From: Gammaproteobacteria bacterium
GTDB lineage: Bacteria > Pseudomonadota > Gammaproteobacteria > CBDBNL01 > JAAOII01
Direction: 5' to 3'
NCBI GenBank assembly: GCA_965209035.1
Contig: OZ242372.1
Coordinates: 1,632,001-1,696,000 of the forward strand
DNA length: 64,000 nucleotides
Shown here: positions 58,053 through 64,000 of the stretch, piece after piece
How positions within the stretch are numbered: the first letter of the stretch is position 1
How the letters are laid out: each line of letters begins with the position of its first letter
Made by a program: the position numbers and the translations under genes
The notes under the pieces: generated by a model
Seen by the model: only the letters and a program-made list of their open reading frames with translations
What the model was told of the DNA's origin: nothing
Databases searched by the model: none

Positions 58053-58699
58053 ACCTCTCGCGACTCGCCCCGGCAAGATTTTCTTTTACACGGACACGGA
58101 CTATTCTTTTTGCGCTTGCTCTTTTATTCCTGTCTCCTCTTGCACATGCCGGCAAGTTTTACTTCACTTTGGCAAACAACCCGGAAAGAAGCGGGTTTAA
58201 TTCGGCCGAGTTTAGTTTATCCGGCGGCGGCGCTTACACAGGCACAGTGGATCTTGGCGGGACGCTTTACTTAAACGCCGAGAACTTGCGTTATCTTAGT
58301 TTTGATGTCTTTTCTTCGTTGGAAAGTGTTCAACAAACCGGCTTTTTGTTTGCGGCGGGGGCGCATATCTTTGCTTTGGAAGCCGAACACGAGGGACCTC
58401 CCGAATTAGAGAGAGCTTTTAGTTATGGCATATCGGCCGGGTTGGATATGGGTTATCAATTTCCAACCGGCATCCCCACAGTTCTCCTTTGGTCTTTTGA
58501 TTATGCACCGGATCTGCTCACAGGCGGAAAACTGGAGGAATTGATTCTAAGCTCCGTTCTTTATGAAGTAAAATTTACACCCATCGTCATCGGTCATGTT
58601 TCATACAGATACGGTCGGGGAGAATTTTCCGAATCTGTTCCCGATGAAATTTCTCAGTTTGAAAACAGCATTGGCTTGGGCATCAAGATTCGTTTTTAG
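58049..58699 (+). CDS. Outer-membrane beta-barrel protein (YfaZ-like)
   Basis: Signal peptide (AHA), amphipathic beta strands, YAPDLL and a C-terminal Phe. Confidence 0.65.
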   Translation: MNLSRLAPARFSFTRTRTILFALALLFLSPLAHAGKFYFTLANNPERSGFNSAEFSLSGGGAYTGTVDLGGTLYLNAENLRYLSFDVFSSLESVQQTGFLFAAGAHIFALEAEHEGPPELERAFSYGISAGLDMGYQFPTGIPTVLLWSFDYAPDLLTGGKLEELILSSVLYEVKFTPIVIGHVSYRYGRGEFSESVPDEISQFENSIGLGIKIRF

Positions 58700-58820
58700 C
58701 GCATCTTTGCCGTAATAAAGGCGAAGGCGGTCGCGGCGGCGAAAAAGTGCTATGTCCGATATCACGCAACTTAAACGCAACTTAAATTTAGACATGATTT
58801 TGGCATATAATATTTACTGA

Positions 58821-58894
58821 GGCTATGTAGCTCAGTCGGTTAGAGCACAGCACTCATAACGCTGGGGTCGGTGGTTCAAGTCCACCCATAGCCA
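58821..58894 (+). tRNA. tRNA-Met(CAT), elongator type
   Basis: Acceptor stem GGCTATG/CATAGCC, D-arm TAGCTCAGTCGGTTAGAGC, anticodon loop CTCATAA and T-arm GTTCAAGTCC. It resembles the E. coli elongator tRNA-Met; CCA is not encoded. Confidence 0.95.
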
Positions 58895-58988
58895 TTTTAT
58901 TTTGGGGCGGAGTTCTCTCTTTTGAATGCCTCCCCGATTTGTTTATTAATAGACCGATATTTGACATTAAAAAAATAAACTCTTAAAA

Positions 58989-59369
58989 GTGATGAACGAA
59001 AACAACGAAGACAACAAAAACGACGAAAACGAAAATCTTTTCCTCAAGATCATTAACAAAGAACTTCCCGCGGACATTGTTTATGAGGACGATCAATTGG
59101 TGGCGTTCCGGGATATTCAACCGGCGGCCCCATTGCATTTGCTATTGGTGCCGCGCAAACATATTCGGACGGTGGACGACATACGCAAAGAGGATGCGCC
59201 CTTGATTAGCCATATGATTTTAACCGCCCAAAAGTTGGCGCGCGAACATGGTGTCAGCGAGAGCGGGTACAGATTGCAATTCAACTGCAAGGGTGACGGC
59301 GGGCAAGTGGTTTATCATCTGCACCTGCATTTGATTGGCGGTAAAAAACTCCCAAACTACAACACATAA
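58989..59369 (+). CDS. hinT: Histidine triad nucleotide-binding protein
   Basis: FLKII...PADIVYED, AFRDIQP and GQVVYHLHLHLIGG. Confidence 0.93.
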   Translation: MMNENNEDNKNDENENLFLKIINKELPADIVYEDDQLVAFRDIQPAAPLHLLLVPRKHIRTVDDIRKEDAPLISHMILTAQKLAREHGVSESGYRLQFNCKGDGGQVVYHLHLHLIGGKKLPNYNT

Positions 59370-59441
59370 CCGGCACGCGTTTGTCGTTCAAAACAGCCAC
59401 AACAATCACAAAATAACAAGGTGAGGTAAGGAGTCGGTGGT

Positions 59442-60173
59442 ATGAGACTCTTGCAGCAGATCCAAAACCGGCTTGCGTTTTGGGATCAGGCCCGCAGCTG
59501 CATGTTTTGTTTGGGAAGCCCCGCACCGGACGGCTTTTGTCTTGCTTGCTATAAAGACTTGCCGTTCATTGAAAAAAGCTGTCTCTTGTGTGCGCTTCCT
59601 CTGCCGGCGGATAGCGGCCATTGGCAAGAGTTATGTGTTTCTTGTCAAAAAAAACCACCGCCGCCGGATTACACATTTGCCGCGCTGCATTACCGGGCTC
59701 CGCTGAGACGGGCCCTGCACGAGTTGAAGTTCCGCCGACAATTACGGTATGCTCGCGCCTTGGGAAACATCTGGTTGCAATCTCTGCTGACCGATTCGCG
59801 CGGGTTCGCGGGAGAGGAAGACCGGCCGGATCTTCTGTTGCCGGTGCCCCTGCACCCCGTTAAGTTGGGTCAGCGCGGCTTCAATCCGAGTTACGAACTG
59901 GCAAGGCCCTTGGCAGAGTTCTTAAAAGTGCCTTTGGCTGTCCAAACTTCTCGGCGAATCAAGAACACGGAACCGCAACTTAAGCTTTCTCCGTCTCAGC
60001 GCCGCCGCAATCTTAAAGGTGCGTTTGAAGTTAACCCGAAGGATGTGCGGGGAAAATATGTTGTTATTTTGGATGATGTCATCACTTCGGGTGCCACTGT
60101 CTATGAGTTGGCACGTACTTTACGTCGTAAGGGCGCGCGCCGAATCGCCGCTTGGAGTCTCTTGCGCGCTTAA
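59442..60173 (+). CDS. comF: ComF family protein (double zinc ribbon plus PRTase)
   Basis: CxxC pairs, PVPLH, RGFNP, RRRNLKGAF and ILDDVITSGAT. Confidence 0.93.
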   Translation: MRLLQQIQNRLAFWDQARSCMFCLGSPAPDGFCLACYKDLPFIEKSCLLCALPLPADSGHWQELCVSCQKKPPPPDYTFAALHYRAPLRRALHELKFRRQLRYARALGNIWLQSLLTDSRGFAGEEDRPDLLLPVPLHPVKLGQRGFNPSYELARPLAEFLKVPLAVQTSRRIKNTEPQLKLSPSQRRRNLKGAFEVNPKDVRGKYVVILDDVITSGATVYELARTLRRKGARRIAAWSLLRA

Positions 60174-60266
60174 TCCATCCGCATTAATTAATCCACTTTG
60201 AAGTCTTTTAAAAAAGAGCAACGCAAACGGGGGGGGGGGGAAGATAGATAGATAGGTCAAGATCTG

Positions 60267-62765
60267 CTACATTACTTTCTTTAGAAGTTGACGCGGCGGA
60301 ATCACGATTGCTTGGCGACATTGAAGTAATCCTGTTACTCCGGCCAGGAGAGCCCCCAACAAGGGGGCAACTAACAGATAGGGGTGAAATGAGAATTCTT
60401 GTTCAAGAAAGAAAGTGAAGATACAATAGATCACAATTTCCGTCCCCACGGCGGCCAAAATTCCCCCCAACAAACCCAGGAAACAAAATTCCAACAGGTT
60501 ATGCATGATCGCCTGGGTGTTGGATTCGCCAATTAACCGCAATGTTACGGTTGTCACAGTTCTGAGCCGGATACTGACTTGCAGCGCGGCAAAAAAGACC
60601 GCCAGGGCCGCGATAACTCCCAACGCCAAAATTAATTGCATGGCGTCTGATACCAGATTTAAGATTCCCGTAACTTGACGCATGATGTTCTCGATAGAGA
60701 TTAGAGCAACGGTCGGAAATTCTCTTGTCAGTTCCGCCAGGACTTCCGCTTTTTCCGGGGGCAAGTAGAAACTTGTAATAAATGTGCGCGGGAATTCCGC
60801 CAGTGCGACTTCCGGGAAAAGAATATAAAAGTTCGGCTTAAAATCCTCCCAGTCCACCTCCCGCAGGTTAGCGACATAGGCATTGAGTCTGACGCCGCCG
60901 ATCAAAAATACAAGTTCATCATTCAAGTCCAAACCAAACTCTTCGGCAATCCCGCTTTCAACCGAAACCGGGTAGATTCCTTGTTTCTTGGTGATGGGTT
61001 GCCACCAGGATCCTTTTTGAAGTTTGTTATGCGAAGGTACGCGGTTGCTCCAACTGAGGTTAAATTCTCGCTCGGCTTCCGAACCGTAGGTGCCGAGCCG
61101 CTTGGTTCTTTCGGCCAAGGATTCTTCGTTGACAGTGATCAGTTTGCCGCGCACTATGCCAAACAACGACTCGGTGGCAATCGTTCGTTTGCTCATAAAT
61201 TCCTCCACAGTCGGCACTTCCGGCGGGGCGATGTTGATTAAAAAATTGTTCGGTGTTCCCGGTTCAACGACTTTTTGCCAATCTTTTACCAGAGAAACTC
61301 GCATCACTGTCAGGATGCCGATGAGCATGAAGGCGGCCGCAAATGCCATAATCTGCAAACTGTTAATCCGCCAGTTTCTATACAAAGAACTGACACTAAT
61401 CCGCCAAATAACACCTAATTTGGTCAAGCGCGTAAAAAAGAATCGCAGAATCCCGTAGTTCATCAGGGAAATTAAAATGACGAATCCCAGCATCCCGCCA
61501 AACAGACTGAAGGCGACAACCCAACTGCCGCTATAAAGAAGAATCAACACAAAGATACCGATACAGGTTGCACTTCCGGTGATGCCAAAGGTGCGAATAC
61601 CGCCGAATGGCTCGTAGTTATCGGCAAGGCGACGCGAACGCAGCACCGAGTAGGGCGGCACAGATACCAGCTGCCGCAAGTTCGGCAGCACAAACGCGAC
61701 CAAGCAGATGACCAGGCTCATTAATCCCAGACCGAAAGGTTCCCAGGCAATTCCCGGCACCGGCGCGGGCAGGAACTCTCGCAAAATATTTCCTATGAGG
61801 CGGTATCCGAGCCAACCAAACAGACAGCCCGCCAGGTATGCCAACAGTGCCGGCGGGAGCAGGCGGACTGCCAAGTAAGCGAGAACCTGTTTCGGCGTGT
61901 AGCCGAGTGTCTTAAGCAAGGCAATGTAGCGCGAGTTTTCATCCAAGTAATATCGGCTTGTCAGCACCAACGCCATGGCGGCCAAAATAATGGTCAAAGA
62001 GCCGCTGAGTAATAAAAATGAGTTCAACCGTCGCAGAATGTCGCCGAAGTTCTCGTCCTCATCGCCCGCCAAAGTCAACTCCGCCGTTTCCGATTTTTCG
62101 GTTTTCAGCAGCCGGGCATATTGCCGAACGGATTCCGCCTCGCCGGACCAAAAATAGCCATAACGAACCCGGCTGCCGGGAATAACCAGATTGGTGGCTT
62201 CCAGATCCGCGAGATTGATCATGACTTGAGGCGCAAAGGAAAAGAACGAAGGCCTGCCGGGTTGATTTTGCAAATAGGCGGAAAAACGCAGAACGGTGTT
62301 GCCCACTTCTATGGAATCGCCAATTTGGGCCGCCAAGGCCGCCGCAACCCGACTATCCAGCCAGATTGCACCGGCAGCCGGCGGCGGCACACGCGCAACG
62401 GCCCCGCCCGGTTGCCGACTTGTCTCCAGCCAACCGCGCAACGGGTAGTTGTGTTGAATTGCGCGCACCCGTGCCAGTTGAAACGCATCATTGCGCGGGT
62501 TGTAAATGACGGAGGTGGTACTGATTCTCTTTGATTCGCTCAAACCGTATTCGGCGGCGGCAATTCGCAGATTCTCTTCTATCGGTGCCCCGGCCGACCA
62601 TTTGATATCACCTCCCAGTAATTCGGCGGTATAACTTCGCAATCCATTGTTCAGTCGTTCGGCAAGCAGTGCCGGCGTAACTATGGCGATTGTGCCGATC
62701 ATCAACGCCAACAGAAAAATTCCGGTTTCCTTGGCGCGCAGTTCGCGCCATAAACGAAAGGTCAT
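60267..62765 (-). CDS. ybbP: FtsX-like ABC permease, YbbP family
   Basis: 832 aa with LLGGD, YPLRG, PGSRVRY, PNNFLINI, REFNLSW and LREVDW...PNF. Confidence 0.85.
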   Translation of the reverse strand: MTFRLWRELRAKETGIFLLALMIGTIAIVTPALLAERLNNGLRSYTAELLGGDIKWSAGAPIEENLRIAAAEYGLSESKRISTTSVIYNPRNDAFQLARVRAIQHNYPLRGWLETSRQPGGAVARVPPPAAGAIWLDSRVAAALAAQIGDSIEVGNTVLRFSAYLQNQPGRPSFFSFAPQVMINLADLEATNLVIPGSRVRYGYFWSGEAESVRQYARLLKTEKSETAELTLAGDEDENFGDILRRLNSFLLLSGSLTIILAAMALVLTSRYYLDENSRYIALLKTLGYTPKQVLAYLAVRLLPPALLAYLAGCLFGWLGYRLIGNILREFLPAPVPGIAWEPFGLGLMSLVICLVAFVLPNLRQLVSVPPYSVLRSRRLADNYEPFGGIRTFGITGSATCIGIFVLILLYSGSWVVAFSLFGGMLGFVILISLMNYGILRFFFTRLTKLGVIWRISVSSLYRNWRINSLQIMAFAAAFMLIGILTVMRVSLVKDWQKVVEPGTPNNFLINIAPPEVPTVEEFMSKRTIATESLFGIVRGKLITVNEESLAERTKRLGTYGSEAEREFNLSWSNRVPSHNKLQKGSWWQPITKKQGIYPVSVESGIAEEFGLDLNDELVFLIGGVRLNAYVANLREVDWEDFKPNFYILFPEVALAEFPRTFITSFYLPPEKAEVLAELTREFPTVALISIENIMRQVTGILNLVSDAMQLILALGVIAALAVFFAALQVSIRLRTVTTVTLRLIGESNTQAIMHNLLEFCFLGLLGGILAAVGTEIVIYCIFTFFLEQEFSFHPYLLVAPLLGALLAGVTGLLQCRQAIVIPPRQLLKKVM

Positions 62766-63469
62766 GCCGGAATCTTTTGACTTGGAGGCCGTTTTTGCAG
62801 ATCTTTGTTTCGCAACTCATAAACGACGGAGCATCGATTGGCCAACCGAAGATCATGAGTCACCAGAATTAAAGTGGTATTGTTTTGATGATTGAGGTCA
62901 AACAACAGATTGGACACGCGCGCGCCTGTTTCGTCGTCCAGGTTACCGCTCGGTTCGTCCGCATAGAGAATTTTCGGCCTGGTTACAAATGCGCGTACGA
63001 TGGCGGTGCGTTGCTGCTCGCCGCCGGATAACTGACCGGGGTAACGCTCGCTTTTGGTTGCCATGCCCACCTTATCCAGATCCGCCATAGCCCGTTCCCG
63101 GGCGTTTTTTTGATTCAGCATCTCAAGCGGCAGGATGACATTTTCCAGTGCCGTCATATGTGGCAGCAGCATAAAATCTTGGAAAACGAACCCTGACATT
63201 TTTGCTCTAATTAAACTGCGCTCCTTTTCGCTCAGGCGGGCAATATCCCGACCGTCTATGCGGATACTGCCCGATGTGGGGGTATCCAACCCGGCAAGAA
63301 GAGACAATAGGGTGGTTTTACCGCTGCCCGAAGAGCCGACGATGGCAATGGTTTCGCCCGCCCGAACCTTCAAGTTCACATTCCGTAATACCGCAAAAGG
63401 AGGTTCTCCCTTTCTTGCAGCCCCGAACTCCTTGGTGATGTCCGCAGCATCTATAAGATATTCGCTCAT
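62762..63469 (-). CDS. ybbA: ABC transporter ATP-binding protein, YbbA/LolD-like
   Basis: GSSGSGKTT, LSGGEQQR and ADEPSGNLD. The start is trimmed to MSEYL. It is divergent from tesA, as in other gammaproteobacteria. Confidence 0.88.
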   Translation of the reverse strand: MSEYLIDAADITKEFGAARKGEPPFAVLRNVNLKVRAGETIAIVGSSGSGKTTLLSLLAGLDTPTSGSIRIDGRDIARLSEKERSLIRAKMSGFVFQDFMLLPHMTALENVILPLEMLNQKNARERAMADLDKVGMATKSERYPGQLSGGEQQRTAIVRAFVTRPKILYADEPSGNLDDETGARVSNLLFDLNHQNNTTLILVTHDLRLANRCSVVYELRNKDLQKRPPSQKIPA

Positions 63470-63631
63470 TTGTATTTTCGTTCCAAAAGATTCAATATAA
63501 GATAAGTTAAAAGATAAGTTAAAAGTCGGAGGTATGCCTCCTGCCCTTCTTAAAGTATAAGTACGCAACCGCCCGGATGATCCCCTTCCTTTTGTGCCGA
63601 TGATTCGGGCTTCATATAATATTTTTGTAAT

Positions 63632-64000
63632 ATGGCAACAATTTCCATCACATTCTTACGACGGATCTCTCTCCCCTGTCGGCACGCTTTTGTTATTGTC
63701 TTGTTGTTATTGGTTTTTCCGCAGGCGGGGGCAGGGGCTTCGCAGGATACCGAAAAACCCGTCATTGTTGTTCTGGGCGACAGCCTCAGTGCCGCTTACA
63801 ACATTCCCGTTTCCCGCGGTTGGGTGGCATTGCTTGGCGCGAAATTGCGTGAAGAGGGATATGCGCATGAAGTCATTAATGAGAGTATTTCCGGCGATAC
63901 CACAGGCGGCGGCTTGGCACGGCTGCCCGCTATTTTGGAGCGCAACCGCAACAAAGTATCTTTGTTAATCCTGGAATTGGGCGGAAATGACGGGCTGCGC
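63632..64000 (+). CDS. tesA: GDSL arylesterase/thioesterase I, partial (runs off the window end)
   Basis: Not in the ORF track. Manual translation shows a signal-like N-terminus, then VVLGDSLSAAY...NESISGDTTGGGLARLP...LELGGNDGLR. Confidence 0.93.
   Translation, partial: MATISITFLRRISLPCRHAFVIVLLLLVFPQAGAGASQDTEKPVIVVLGDSLSAAYNIPVSRGWVALLGAKLREEGYAHEVINESISGDTTGGGLARLPAILERNRNKVSLLILELGGNDGLR

Noticed and set aside
58895-58990. tRNA-Met as an island integration site
   Set aside because: I found no duplicated tRNA 3' end in the window, and the downstream genes are housekeeping.
60229-60254. G12 homopolymer plus (GATA)3 as a phase-variation tract
   Set aside because: It lies between two convergent stop codons, outside coding and promoter sequence.

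Overview
Chromosomal window from a gammaproteobacterium. The FabA/FabB, MetX/MetW/MetZ, YhdP and DusA content supports this assignment. A host-associated, reduced lifestyle is suggested but only inferred, from a sulfotransferase, PQQ-propeller and thrombospondin-repeat lipoproteins, and truncated operons. About 26-64 kb is housekeeping: metZ-glmU-ileS, metXW, lptFG, lepA, ppa, fabAB, dusA, msrB, pcm-DUF368-nlpD, mreBCD-yhdP, tgt-yajC-secDF, tRNA-Met, hinT, comF and ybbAP/tesA. There are two accessory zones. (1) At 4.4-7.2 kb, a Panacea (DUF4065/SocA) antitoxin gene is tandemly duplicated and diverged, sits upstream of an unknown two-TM putative toxin, and is divergent from a sulfotransferase. 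(2) At 10.2-25.8 kb, an island with no visible integrase holds a 14-aa-repeat coiled-coil/TM protein, a type III R-M system, an orphan DUF5131 gene, an 8-blade PQQ-repeat lipoprotein, an orphan DNA MTase-asparaginase pair, a TSP3/GLUG lipoprotein and a small secreted protein. Four of these accessory transcription units are preceded by related 55-90 bp intergenic elements, which suggests a cassette-like organisation. Short tandem micro-duplications are frequent at gene ends throughout the window. All family calls come from recognising motifs by eye; no database search was run.
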